Shown one piece after another: positions 36,301 to 49,762 of a stretch of DNA of 64,000 nucleotides. Where the stretch lies: positions 27,714,001-27,778,000 of the forward strand of contig CM068746.1 in assembly GCA_035084275.1 (NCBI GenBank), given 5' to 3'. Made by a program: the position numbers and the translations under genes. The DNA is from Hydrolagus colliei (Eukaryota). The first letter of the stretch is position 1, and every line of letters starts with the position of its first letter. Below the pieces are notes generated by a model that saw only the letters and a list, made by a program, of their open reading frames with translations, did not search any database and was not told where the DNA came from.

Positions 36301-39104
36301 ATCCATCCATATATTTATCCATCTATTTATTCCAATAAAGATGTAATATATATGTGTGTCAGCCAAGAAATAACCAATTGACGTAAAGACATGATTTTTA
36401 CCTCATCGGAAATGTCTTGCATGGGGGAATGTCATGTCCATATTTTGAATATCTCCTCTATCGTTGATGAGCTAAACAAGTCCATCACACACATATGGCA
36501 GTTTTGCTTAAGATGCGCACACAGGGTTATGGCATGTAAAATGGTTTGTGAAAATGGCAGCACTAAAAACAAGCATATCAAAATTATGGAGTCAATATCC
36601 ACAATTGTTTTGCTTAAGGTGAACCCACAGTGTTTATGGCATGGTTTGTGAGAGGCATCATTGAAATCTACATTCTATATTGGATCCTCTGGTTGCAAGT
36701 GTAGCTGCAATGGGTACAGCTAGTCAAATATAAAGATCTAAACATATTTATCAAAATAACAAAGAACAAAACATTTTTCCCTGATTAGAGTACTATTTAA
36801 CCCTCTTCTGTAATGTAGGAACTCTTTATTATGTACAGTATTTTTTTTTGCTGTGGCCATTTATTTATGGACATTTTGGAAATATTTATTTTTCTATTGA
36901 CTGTAATTTCTTAGAACAACTTTCAGTTTATGGTAAGAAAACAGTATTTATGTTATATCTGATCTGCATCATGTGATACCCTCGATCCTGCTAAGCATTG
37001 TTGACCCAGTTTCTGAAAAATACATTTGCGCTATTGCAGTAGTGGGATGAATAACATCCACTTGTTTAGGGTTCATTTCGGGTCAATACTTTAATTATTG
37101 AGAGAGTTGAAGAGAGACAGAGAAAAGAAAGGAAATGGGAGAATAAAAAATGGATCAAACTATTAAATTGAATTAAACTTTTTTTTTATGCAGATTTCAA
37201 AAAAGAATTGGTTTTCAGCTTGTTTAGTTGTGACATTTTAATTAATTGTTGAAGCTTTCATAGAGCATAATGTGATCCTTGATATTGAATTGAAATTCTG
37301 ATTTTAGGATACTATTTTGCAGTCCGCTAATTGACAATCCCTCCTTATTTCAAAATGACAGTTGAATTGATGGTGATGATTATTTCATCTGACAATAGAA
37401 GTTACAAGTACATTACATCAAAACATTGCTCTCCATTTTGTTCTGAGTTTGCTGCAGCAATTATGAACAGTAGAGAAATCAGACCTGTCTTGCATATTAC
37501 CATCGTGTGCACATGATTGCCCGAGGGCAAAAGTGCACACTTGTTTGTATATTTAGAAATGAAGTACTGTGAGGTGCCCTTATTAGACTACTTGAATTAG
37601 CAGTGGTGAATTGTTTTTAGTTGATCGTCTTGTTTCACATTGCTTTACTTGAAAGTAGTGAGTGGCTGATTTGTTGAACACTTTCCCCTTGGCAAAAAGT
37701 GCAATCATAGAGCCAATATCCAGGGTTAATAGCATTCAGTGTCCTGGGTCAAGAACAGCTTTCAAAAACTGCACATTAACTACTTTTTACAGTAAATCTT
37801 GTGAAACGATTTGAGATATCCTTCCAATGAGAAAGTTGCTATTTGAAATGCAAAGATTATATTTTCTAAACCAAATGTCCTGAAAGTAGCCTCAACTTTC
37901 TGTATTCAGAATAATTTATTACCAGCAAAGGTGAAATAGGGCAATGGTGGAGAGAGATTTTACATTCCTAGTTCAGGCTTGTGTATTCCTCAACATCCAG
38001 TTCTCTGTTGAAGCTTGCCACTAACAAATATTAGATTTCAAATGTGAGTCCTTGGAGAGATCATTAGTATAGTAATGTGTTATCAAAGCTCGCTACTTGC
38101 TATAGCTGATTTAACATGTGTGGGGGAAACTGAAATGTCGCACAAAAGGTGATGATAAAAAAATGAGGTTTTCCCAGTGTTTATCCTGGGGAAGGCTGAT
38201 TGAAGCTCAGGAATGATTGCAAGGGCACTGGCTGTCCTCCAATATCTTGCTCAAATGGTCATTCTTAATTATGTGAGCCAGGACAGCGAGTGCAGTGCAT
38301 TCATCCAGAGGAGCTTTACAAAAGAGCTTAATCTCTCCTCATTTAGCAGTGATCAGGAGCTGGTCTCTTGACTTATTTTTCTCCGACCCCTTTTTCCCAT
38401 CCCCCTCCTCCCATTTTAGCCTTCAGATACAGTGCAGACTAATTATAGTGTGCCACCACTTCAGCAAATTCCAAATTTGGCATAGATTGAAGGTTCCTAC
38501 TGTCCCATATGGCTAACTGCTACAGCAGCAGGTAGTGAAAATGGGCTTACCCACTGACTATTCAGCAAGCCTTCAACTGGGATATACACAGTAGTTGCTA
38601 TCGATTAGTTTTATTTGTGTATTAATGGCATAATGCACTGCCCTGAATTTGAGCTTAAAATACCGATCCTTGTCTGTTCTGGTGTTGCTTTTACATTTTG
38701 TGTACAAAGCAATCATGAGTGAGAATATAGCTCAATTGATTACTTACTCTTTGCCTCCCACCCCTTATCCCCAGCTTTGGGATGCTAAGATCAATTTTAA
38801 CATTCCCATTGCCTCCTGATCATAGAAGAATTGACCAACACAGAGATTTTTTAACTCCCCTATCCCTTTGCCAAAGATATTATAGATTTATTGTGGAGAG
38901 GATGATTATGAAGTTCAAAGCTGTAACTGTGAAAATTCTAAAATGTTATGCAGGCATCCCATTCACTTTAAGTTAAATACTGTATAATATATCCAGACCC
39001 TGTCAACGTTTGGATGAATATCAGTGAACTAATGTTAAGATATTTTTAAACGTAGATACTGGAGATCGTCAATGAAATGTAATTACAAAGTATTTTAATT
39101 ACAG

Positions 39105-39168
39105 GTACGCATAGCAGCGAACTTCATTATTCACGCTCCGCCGGGGGAATTCAATGAAGTTTTCAATG
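39105..39168 (+). CDS. CAPZA2: CAPZA2 exon 2
   Basis: 64 nt; [21 protein letters not shown]. Confidence 0.97.
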
Positions 39169-40089
39169 GTAAGTTCGGTTACATTGCTTAGAATAAAGTG
39201 GCTTTCGTTTTCTTTATTAATTAGGCTAAAGCTTGATGAGCACCTATCACAATTTTAATGAATAAATATTGGATGAGCATTGATGAAAAAAGACACCTGC
39301 AAACTAGTGCATTACCTCTTCTCTAGTTAGAGCAAATCAAACGGCATGGTAAGGGAGTTTTTGTGGATTGGCACATTGTAAAGTACAAGAAACATTGTAC
39401 TGTACAGGAACAAGTTCATCAATGGTGAACTCAGTCTTAACCTAGCTATTTGTAGAAGTGCCAAGTAGAGCAGGGACTCTTTTCTAGGTTTGATCCCAAT
39501 TAATTCCAATCTTATTACATGCTAGGTTTCAAATCTGGTTTGAATGTCTTTTGCAAAATTGTGCCCGGTAAATTTATAGTTTGATAAACTTATAGTTTGA
39601 TTCCCATTTACGTTTTGCTCACATTCTGAATCATCCTTGATAGGTTAGCTGCACAGAAAACATTGTACCTGTCTATAATTCCTTCTCATATGAAGAGCAA
39701 TGTAATCCCCATTTTACAACACATCTTAATTTACTAACTGTTGCAAAATGGTTTGTTAATTTTAAAAAATTACAATATTCCAAAAGTTTTTGAAGGGGAA
39801 TACAGTGAAGCTGATTTTTTAGATATGTGTGATTTAGCACTAGAAATATGAAGGGTTAATACATGTAGATAGACGTATGAAGGTTTTTTAGGCAATCACC
39901 TATAAAATAAGTATTGCACTTCACAGCATCTATCCTCTGAAATGCTTTGCAACGTCCTCCTATGTGAAAGACATTCTATCAAATGTAAAAATGATTTATT
40001 TTGCATAATCAATTTGCATAATCTGTCTGCAAAACCCAGTTGATTTATTGTCTTTCACTAACTCCAGCACGGTCTTTATTTTCCTGCAG

Positions 40090-40141
40090 ATGTGCGGTTG
40101 CTGCTTAATGATGACAATCTTCTCAGGGAGAGTACAGCACA
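40090..40141 (+). CDS. CAPZA2: CAPZA2 exon 3
   Basis: 52 nt; DVRLLLNDDNLLRESTAH. Confidence 0.96.
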
Positions 40142-41106
40142 GTAAGTATACTTTCAAAGGGTTTTCATTCTGTAGTAAAAAATAATAGTCTTATTAAATA
40201 ATAAGTCTTAATAAAAAATAATTCCTGAAAAGATATTGTGAATCTGAATATTTGTAAACTTTCAGTTCAAAATTTGATTAACACTGAATACCTTAACAGT
40301 GGTACAAGCTTTGAAACAAACTGTTTTAAAAGTCCTTAACCGTTCACCTTTTCTGTGCTCTCTCCAATATTACTTGTTCATCCAGGGCTTGGTAACTTTC
40401 TCCCAGCCCAAACTATTGTTGCGGTCGCTGTGGTGTCAATGGGGACTGTGAAGTAATCTTGTTCTTGCAGGGACTCCTATTTTGTTTGCAGTAAAACCTC
40501 TCAAAAAGTTCAATTCTATATGCGATTGATTGAATATTTATATTGAGAAGTAATAAATGCAGTGCATGTGACTGGTTTCCAGAAAGTCGGCAAAACTCTT
40601 GTATAATTTAGCAACTTGGAGCTGTAGTTGAATTTGTGCATGTTTTTGTTGTGCACCATTGTATTGTATGTAATGCTATTATTCTTCTCTCATGAGGCAA
40701 TGTGTGTTGTGAAGCAGCAAATCAATGAGAATAAATCCTCATAATCTAGAATAATTGACTATCATGTCAGCCAATCTGAAATCAAATCTGTGACCGCAAT
40801 TTTGCAATGGACTTAACCACTTTTAACATGAGAAATGGAGATTTCAATAATGTTCTAACAAATTGTTAAATTGTTTTTTGAATCCCGTACTTCAAAAAAA
40901 GTGCTAATATTCTAGTTAACACACCAAAATATTATTGTTTGGATTTACTGGTGGGTAAGGGGTTGTTGATTTTTAAGTACTTTAAGCCCAAGTCCTATGT
41001 TGAAATTTTGTTGAGTAGTTTTGACATTTTAGGAACCATCTTCCATCTGGTATATCCTGGAGTGATATTCAGATTTTTAATTTCCATTATTAATCTCTCT
41101 TTCTAG

Positions 41107-41170
41107 TGCATTTGCACAGTATAATGTGGACCAGTTTACTCCAGCAAAAATTGATGGGTATGACGATCAG
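41107..41170 (+). CDS. CAPZA2: CAPZA2 exon 4
   Basis: 64 nt; [21 protein letters not shown]. Confidence 0.96.
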
Positions 41171-42175
41171 GTACGGAATCGTATCTTATTAGTTACCAAA
41201 TGTTAACAAAAAAGGATATTTAAACAGACCTGTAAAAATATGTACTATCATTGATGATAGGGTTGTATTTCTGTCAAGCTGTACTTTCTAAAGCAAGTTC
41301 AGATGCTGCATTTCATTGTGGGAGGGCTAGGGTGAAAAAGAGAAAGTGATTTCTAATATTACTGTAGGTAAGTAAGAATGGATGTCTAAATAACAATGGT
41401 TGGTTACCTTTTGTATGTATGGAAGCCTATGTTTTCTATATGGTGAGGTCCTAATCCTGGTTCACTATACATGATCAGTTAAATGTTTCAGTAGGATGGT
41501 AATGCTTTGTTTAAAAGAAAGTGCAGGAAATTTTCAGCTCAAGAAGAGGGAGTCAAATTAAAGCAATGCTAAATCTTTGAAACCTTATCGCCTGTTAATT
41601 TAATGAGTAAGGTGATATTTAAGCCATTCCTGATGTAGCTTGCTAATAATGCTGTCATCCTGTAGGAAGAAGAATTGGTGCCATCTGGAATTTTGTTAGT
41701 CACAGGTGGCTGATAGGGCTGTTTCAAATCGATTTGTATTCTGTTGCTCATTTGCTAAACATTTTGCAAAGTAAATTTGTTGCCTCTTCCAGTGGGTTTG
41801 CAATAACAAAGTACCTAAAATATAAAATGAACTTTACAATTACTGAAAAGATGTAGCTCCTTTAAATACTATTTGGGGTACAAGCATCAAAAACAAGGCC
41901 AAAAGATCAAGTTTTCAGATTTGTAAAACGCAATGTAATTCTTATTTAATTCCATTGGATGTTTGCTAGTTGTATGTATATGAAAGTTACAAGTGTTCAC
42001 AAAGTAGCAGTGAAAGAGACTGAAGCAATCTTGTTCAATGAGCATATGAATCAAGATCTTGGAGATATTGAATATTGTAATCTTACAATGAGCTTCTATT
42101 TCAGAAGCATTTACAAAATGAGATGATTTTCATTCTCCGGACTAGGTTGTAATTTTTAATTACATTTGGTTACAG

Positions 42176-42382
42176 GTCTTAATAACAGAGCACGGAGACC
42201 TTGGCAGTGGTAGATTTTTGGATCCTAAGAACAAGATCTCGTTTAAATTTGATCATTTACGGAAAGAAGCAAGTGATCCCAGACCTCATGATGTTGACAA
42301 TGCATTGGAGTCTTGGAGAAGTGCTGTGGATAATGCTGTGAGGGCATATGTAAAAGAACATTATCCGGATGGTATCTGTACT
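42176..42382 (+). CDS. CAPZA2: CAPZA2 exon 5
   Basis: 207 nt; [32 protein letters not shown]...[12 protein letters not shown]. Confidence 0.97.
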
Positions 42383-42388
42383 GTAAGT

Positions 42389-43383
42389 TTCAACATGTAC
42401 ATGCTCCTTCTTGGTGACATCATCCGCAGACATGGGGTCAACTTCCACATGTATGCAGATGATACCCAACTCTATCTCTACCTCTATCCTTGACCCCTCC
42501 TGTATCACTGCCTGTTCTGACCGAATGTCTGTCAGACATCAAGTCCTGGATGAGAGCTAACTTTCCCTAGTTAAACATCAACAAGACTGAGGCGCTCCTG
42601 ATTGGCTCCCGTCAGCACCTCCACACCTCAGGCACTGGCAGCAGCACCATCCATGGATGCACATTCCACCTCATTGAGCTAGTCTTGGCATCTTGTTTGA
42701 CCTTCAGCTGTCCTTTCTGCCCCCACATGCATGCAATGCCCCGTTCTGCCTTCCCCACCTCCGCAGCAACGCACGGATCCGCTACTATCACTCCCATCAG
42801 GCTGTTGAAACCTTCATCCAGGCATTTATTAAACCCAGTCTCAACTCCCTGCTTGTCGGCCTTCCCAATGCTTCCCTCTACAAACTGCAGATCATCCAGA
42901 ACTGCTGCACCAGGCTACGTGACACTCACCCTTGCCCGAGTCCACTGGCTCCCTTCTCCCAGAGGATAGAATTCAAAATCCTTGTCCTTGCCTTCAAGCC
43001 CTCCACAGCCTTGCTTTTTCCTATCTCTGGGAACTGCTAACATCCTATCAACCTGTCCTCTCCCTCCACTCAACAGGCTCTGGCCTGTTCCACCACCCTC
43101 GCCCGGCCCACTCCACCATTGACGGTCGAGCCTTCAGCCTCTCTATCCCCAACCTTTGAAACTCCATCCCACAATTTCTTCTGCCAGCTTCCTCACTTGC
43201 TTCCTTCAAAACATGTCTCAAGACCTTCAGCTTTAACTGCACCTTCAACTACTCTCCTACCTCTGCCCTCGATCTCTCCTGATTCCAGCTCAGGTCCAAA
43301 TCTCTGACTGTCCAGTATATTTGAACATCCTCCCAACGTGAAAGGTGCTATACAAATGTAATTTGTTGTTTGTTGCTGTTGTT
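42389..43383 (+). mobile_element. L2 LINE 3' fragment starting at the RT core
   Basis: [29 protein letters not shown] followed by frameshifted ORF2 C-terminus and tail. Confidence 0.92.
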
Positions 43384-43910
43384 TGAAATTCTTGATCTAT
43401 TGTGAATAAGCAGCATTCACCAAATGTGTTTCTTTAAAGTAGCACTTTGTTGGCAACAGCTAATACTGGCAAAAGAGTTTAAAAATAAGCCTTTTGTTGT
43501 CACCTATGAAATCCTTAGAACCAGCCATTGCTACAGCAGCAGACTGCAGTCGTTTGCTGTATCTAGGTCATAGTTTGTTGCCTATTGTACACTGCAGCCT
43601 ATACCAGTGCTGTGACAGCAAGATAGTATCTTTGTGACTATGTTTTATTATAATAATAATTCTTAGGTTTGATATAGCACCTTATATTGCTGAAACGTTT
43701 CAAAGCACTTCACAGTATTGACTGTATTTTGTTGGAGAATATTCTTACCATATAGGATGCCTCAGCTATAAGGAGAGAGCCAGGTTTGAGTTGTAGCAGA
43801 CCAACCTTTGACACAGACATTTCAGTAAAATAATTGTTCCATGAAATTTTACAGTTTAGATGTTACACACGTCAGGATTATAAAACACAAGTTTGCAAAT
43901 CTTTTTCTAG

Positions 43911-43990
43911 GTATATGGGAAAACTATTGACGGACATCAAACCATTATGATATGCATTGAAAGCCATCAATTCCAACCTAAAAATTTCTG
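43911..43990 (+). CDS. CAPZA2: CAPZA2 exon 6
   Basis: 80 nt; [27 protein letters not shown]. Confidence 0.97.
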
Positions 43991-45385
43991 GTACGTTGAA
44001 ATGCTATTACTGTAATAGTTTAAAAAAAAAATGATTTTGCTTTCCTAAAAAGATTTCTCAAAAACTTAGAAAGATATTTTAGTTACAAACAAGATGACCA
44101 CCTGTCCGGTTTCAATTTATTTTAGTGTTTGTCACCGTGGAAAATCCTGGCCTTGTCTAAGTTCTAAGATTTCAAGCCCAATAGGGAAGATGGAGAAAAT
44201 AGTTATTGAGACTGTGTGGAGCACAGAAAATGCATTGCGGAGATCCATAATGTATGATTTATGCTGCAAGAGTCAGAGCTAAATTGATGCACAGATAAAC
44301 ATATGTAGATGGTGGTAGACTGGAATAAAACAACATTGCTGCAGGTGACTTAAGCAACAAATGCAATGTTGCTAAAATGAAAACCAAATGTTATTTCAGC
44401 TGCTGATTTACAAGCTGGGTCAGTGTCATGGATGATTACATTGCCAGAACAATTAAGTTCCATTTTGTAGGATTTGAAGCCGAACAAGCAAAGAGAAGTA
44501 GTTGTAAAGAAGTTAATATTTTAAACATACTAATTATAATCTTTGGAAGCAATTAAAAATACAAAATAAATTGGCAGTGTTTTTAATTGTGGAAAATAGT
44601 GATTCATTCCATTTCCAAAGCAGGATTGGATTAATTTGAAGTGGCATGTGACATTACATATATCCCATATTCAAAAATAAATTAATAAATCCTTTTTTTA
44701 AAATGTGGATCAGGAGCAAGCAAAATAAAATTCAAAACCTACCAAATGAAAGAAATTGGGATCAAAGGAATTAATGAACAGTTTTGAGCCCCCAATCTCA
44801 GAACTTAATTTCACCCCTAATTAAGCAGACCATGTTTAGCTTTTTGTAGCATTGAAATGTATCTTGCAAACTTTAAACTGAAAGTAATATACAGATTTTT
44901 TTTGAATGGACTGAGGGAGAGAAATTCCAGGGGTTATTAATGCATATCACTAAAGTTTGAATTTTACCAGCCAGCGGAATGTCATCCCATAAGTGTTTCA
45001 TGTAGCCTCATCCATGTGGCCCAAATATCTTTTATTTGTAAGTTCCTACCATTAATATTTTATCACTACTTAATTTTAAATGCATCTACATGTTTTCTGT
45101 CTTCAGAAACCATGAGATTATTTTTCCAGAGTAAACTCAATTGTCTGTTGCTTTTGAATGGGTTCTATTTATACTGAGATGTTGGTAAGATTTATTTGAA
45201 AAAAACCCTTTCCAGGGTCTCAATTGTATTAAATTACAGTTGCTGAATTTGTTGCACTGCCAAAGTTATCCTGCTGTTTCTCTTGACCAAAGGTGTACCA
45301 GATGTAATCAGGTAATTACACAATTGTCTCAATAATCACATTTTGTTTTAAATACCTCATTAAATGGTTTACACTTTGAATAAAG

Positions 45386-45464
45386 GAATGGACGTTGGCG
45401 ATCAGAATGGAAGTTTATCATCACACCTTCAGTAACTCAAGTGGAGGGTGTTTTAAAGATTCAG
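45386..45464 (+). CDS. CAPZA2: CAPZA2 exon 7
   Basis: 79 nt; [26 protein letters not shown]. Confidence 0.96.
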
Positions 45465-46521
45465 GTTGGTAACTCTTAATCTGCAGCGTGCTGGGGATTG
45501 GATGTATTCTTAAACCAGTTTTAAGTTTGTTTTTTTCAGTAAGGACTTTATGAAGAAAGGCAGGGAATAAAAGGATAAGAATAATATATTTTATTACAAA
45601 CTGGTGAGCTGGAAAACAAAGCACATTGTTTTGAAATAAGTTCTATTAAAAATCTAAGAGTGGTCATTCAAATACTCCAATATCTACAGCACCATAAAGC
45701 TTTCATTGAGAAATCATTCAATCCATTAAGAGTCTTCCTTTCACAGATTATGTACTATCCACTCTTTATTACTATGATAAAATTTCATTTCCTGATGAAT
45801 AGCTTTGCAAAAATATCCAGATCAATTTAAAAAGCAGTATCTTCCTTGGTAGCAACTGCTTGATGCTAAATCCTTTCAATAATCCCTCCAAAAAATATAA
45901 CAATATAATTGGTCATTCACTCCACAAATGTTTGTGGGACATTGCTGTGCGCAACTGGCTGCTGCATTTCGCCCCAAATTACGCAGCCACTACACTTTAC
46001 CGTATTTTCTGTGAAGGGCTTTGAGATGTCTTCAAGATGTGATAAGGCGTTATGTCAAATGTAAGGATTAAATTATATTACCATCCTGTAGCAAACGCAT
46101 TCAATTACATCTATAAGTCTTGTGCTCCTAACCAGTTTTTGCTGCTATCTGCATTTGACACACTTTAACATACACCCATAATTTGGAGCGATTGCTTCTT
46201 GTCTGGAATGAAGCAAAGGCAAATGAAAAGACTTGCTTTTTTTTCATTCCTCTTGCGCAGAATTGCATAGACTGTACAGGATGGAAACAGGCCATTCAGC
46301 CTAACTAGTCTAGTGTTATTTGTGCTTCAATTTACAGCCATTCCCCCCCCACACACACACTTTTTGGAGTCTGACACATGTGAAAACCCATCACTGCTTC
46401 CATGAATATTCCAAACCAAACCTTTTTTAAAGTGGTCTGTTTACTAAGAATCTTAATTTGTTCTTTTTTAATATAATTTACATTTTAATTACATGTCCAC
46501 TTACCAAATGTTTATTTTCAG

Positions 46522-46593
46522 GTTCATTATTATGAAGATGGCAATGTTCAACTAGTCAGCCATAAAGATGTACAGGAAACATTGTCTGTTGGT
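46522..46593 (+). CDS. CAPZA2: CAPZA2 exon 8
   Basis: 72 nt; [24 protein letters not shown]. Confidence 0.97.
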
Positions 46594-47304
46594 GTAAGTA
46601 CAGTCACCCCTTGTCCCCACATTCTGAGATGGTTGGATCAACGTTGCTCATTAAGTTTGTCAAGGGCCACAGTCCCAACCAATGCCTGGCTCCAGTAAGG
46701 ACCTGATTTAAATAATAGCAATATTGGGTGGAGGCCAGATAAGTGCCCTTTAGGCAGGAAGGGAGGGGATGGGTAAATTGATAGGACCAACAGTTGTGTT
46801 ATTGTAATTGGTTCTACTTTAATTGGGACCTTATCACTTGCTTTATGGAAGCTGGAAAACCGCTGGCTCCTAACAGCATTCCTTGCCAATTGCAGAGCAA
46901 GAAGAAGAAAAGCTCAGTTTGATCAACATCCCACAGCCTCGCAGGCTGTGTGTGAATGGAGGCCCAGAGGCACATGAAGCAGCCGAGGGCCACAGGTGAA
47001 GGGGAGGAGGGATACAAATACCACTGAGTTAGATTAGCTCTCTTTATTCCCTGATTTAACCTGCCATTTAATGCAAACCACACCATTTGACCTATATTCC
47101 ACAATAGATTTAATTTTGCTAGGATTCTGGCATTTTATTAATTGATAAGAATTTTAAGTGTAATGAAAGTCCATGTGGTTGGTTTGTTTCACCCTTATTT
47201 GTGTACAAGTGCTGTTCAATGGGGAGGGGGGGGGAGAAGGAGAAGCCTTCTATCTCATTTGGATTTGAGGTTTTACTTTTGTGACGTTCTCCATTCTTTT
47301 GCAG

Positions 47305-47367
47305 AATGAAGCTCAGATGGCAAAAGAGTTTACGAAACTTATAGAATCAGTAGAAAATGAATACCAG
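47305..47367 (+). CDS. CAPZA2: CAPZA2 exon 9
   Basis: 63 nt; NEAQMAKEFTKLIESVENEYQ. Confidence 0.96.
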
Positions 47368-49621
47368 GTATGAATGCTTGAACGACTAATGAATGATCAT
47401 GCCGGTTAACTTTTAGGCGGATTATTTTGATGGTTGTGCAGTATTCTGATTCTGTGTTTTTTATGCAATATGTAAATATATTTATTATACAAATGTTTTA
47501 GGTGCATCAAGCAAGTTAATGTGCTTTGTTAACAATTATTCAATGAAGGAAAGGAATAAACCTACTTTAATTTGGTTGTAATCTCCATTTTGAGATTAGT
47601 CTGTTTTGTAGTTAAGTGTTTCTCTGAATTTACAAATGTACACCAATTTATTATTTCCAATCTAATATTTATTTGTCTCAAAGTGATTTAACAGATTTCA
47701 TTCCACATATCTGCCACCTCGTGCATTACATTGACTGGAAATATTCAGAGCATGACAAATTCACAGGTTCAGGGTAGCAATCGGCAATTTCAGGAACACA
47801 CACAACATCAGTATTGCCAGTAATTTGCGCTGGGAAACTGGGTACATGAACATTTTTCACATAGATAATTTCTCCAAGCACTTTTGAGAGAGAGCTTGGG
47901 CTGGGAGGTAGATGAAAGCGTTAAGGGGAGGTGGCTGAAGATGCAGTCCGAGATTTCTTTCAATGCATTTCTAAAATAGACAAGAGGCAGAGGTATTTTT
48001 AAAGAGAGTAGAGTTGGCTGAGTGGGGGGAGTAGATGGCAGAGTTGTGGGGGAGACAAAGCAGTGCAAGGCATTTGAAGGTAAGGGAGTCAGATGAGGAT
48101 TGGGAAGATCTAGCATACATGGGCTGTTCTGGGTGGTCTTGAGCAGAGGAGGCTAGTGAACAGCATTGGAAATGTTTAATCGATATTTTGGAAGGATGCG
48201 ATCAAAGTAGCCGAAGGACCTTCCTGGTCTGAACGTCTCTTGTGAAATTATTGCAACCAAATGTTTTTCCGCCTTTGCCAATTGAAAATCCTCAGTTGCC
48301 TACAACTGTGCAGTTTGCTGTATTAATGAGGCATTCTCATACATTTAGCTCCATTAAAATTCATCTGTTGTACCTATACCCATCTGTTTAACTGCCCTTC
48401 AACTTTGTACATTTTTGAGTTCTGTATACGGATTAAAGACACTGATATTTGATTGTTCTTATTCACAGCCGATTTATTTGGAGGTGACTGAACAGTTTCC
48501 TCTGCATAAGTGTGCCAGCTTTGTGAATTAAATTAAATCTTAGATGGTAGACATCTAACCAAAGGCAGTTCCTTTTGTTTACTTTTGTATCTGGAGCACT
48601 TTCCTTCTGAACCTCTTAATTCTGCAAAATACAGTAAGGAACCTGAATGAATCATCTGAAACCTTTTTTAAAATCAGTTTTAAAAAAAGATGAATTAGAA
48701 TGCCTGAGGTGGTCTCGAATACTGCAGGAAAATGTTTTGTGGATCTGGTAAGAGATGCTGGAAAAGCACAGATCTGTGTTGCTATGTTTCCTCACACCAC
48801 CCCGTGAAGTTAGGTTGTTGACTATGCAAGTATGAAGTGTACATTAAAGAAATGTTGCATCTAAAAGCAAGTATTACTTTTATCCACTTGGTCCGCATTC
48901 TCTCGGGTCTTGGATGGTTGATGTGAATTAGTTTGTTTTCTTTTCAGCTTGCTTTTCAGACTACAGTTTGTAGTCGAAGTTAAGCAATAAAATGATTTCA
49001 AAATGAAAGAAGGCAAACAATGCAAACATGCCCTGACAATTCAGGAATGCTGATTCTCATCTAATTGCAATTTTGAGGCCACCCAAAAGTACATTCAGAC
49101 TGAGAGGTAATTGTAGGTGTTGTACTCGAATGAAAGGAAGATCAGTTTTCTTTTAGCATTGTTGATTAAGACAAATTGGTAAATAGAATTGCTAATAGAT
49201 TTTACATGTGGCGAGCAATGAAATGGGCCATGTAAACCATGGGCTATGTAAAGAAGTGCAGACAATGTCTTGTGGAGAGGATGTGATAGTTAGTTTGTTT
49301 TGTTCTATAGAATAGAACTATTGTCTCTGTTTATGAGACTGGTGCCCAAACTAATCTATGTTCCTCCTCCGCCCCCCTCCCTCCCCCCCCCCCCCCCCAC
49401 ACCATCGCTCGTTCTCTTTCAAACCTAATACATTTTGCAAGTTGACTATTTTAAACTGAAGTGTCCAGTTCACTCAGCAGTCTTTCAAGAGTTCCAAGCT
49501 GATTGTTTGCTTGCAGCATTTATCCAACAACTTGCCGTAATATAGCGCCTTTCACATCTTGAAATGCTTGTTCTTCCTTAACACAAACTGAATGTCTCTT
49601 TTTCTTCCCTCCCCCTCTCAG

Positions 49622-49762
49622 ATGGCCATCAGCGAGAACTATCAGACTATGTCGGACACCACATTTAAAGCCTTGCGTCGATGGCTGCCAGTCATACGCA
49701 CTAAGGTTGATTGGAATAGAATCCTGGGCTACAAGATTGGCAAGGAAATGCAAAATATTTAG
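49622..49762 (+). CDS. CAPZA2: CAPZA2 exon 10, stop TAG
   Basis: [46 protein letters not shown]; the ten exons sum to 861 nt = 286 aa. Confidence 0.97.
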   Translation: MAISENYQTMSDTTFKALRRWLPVIRTKVDWNRILGYKIGKEMQNI

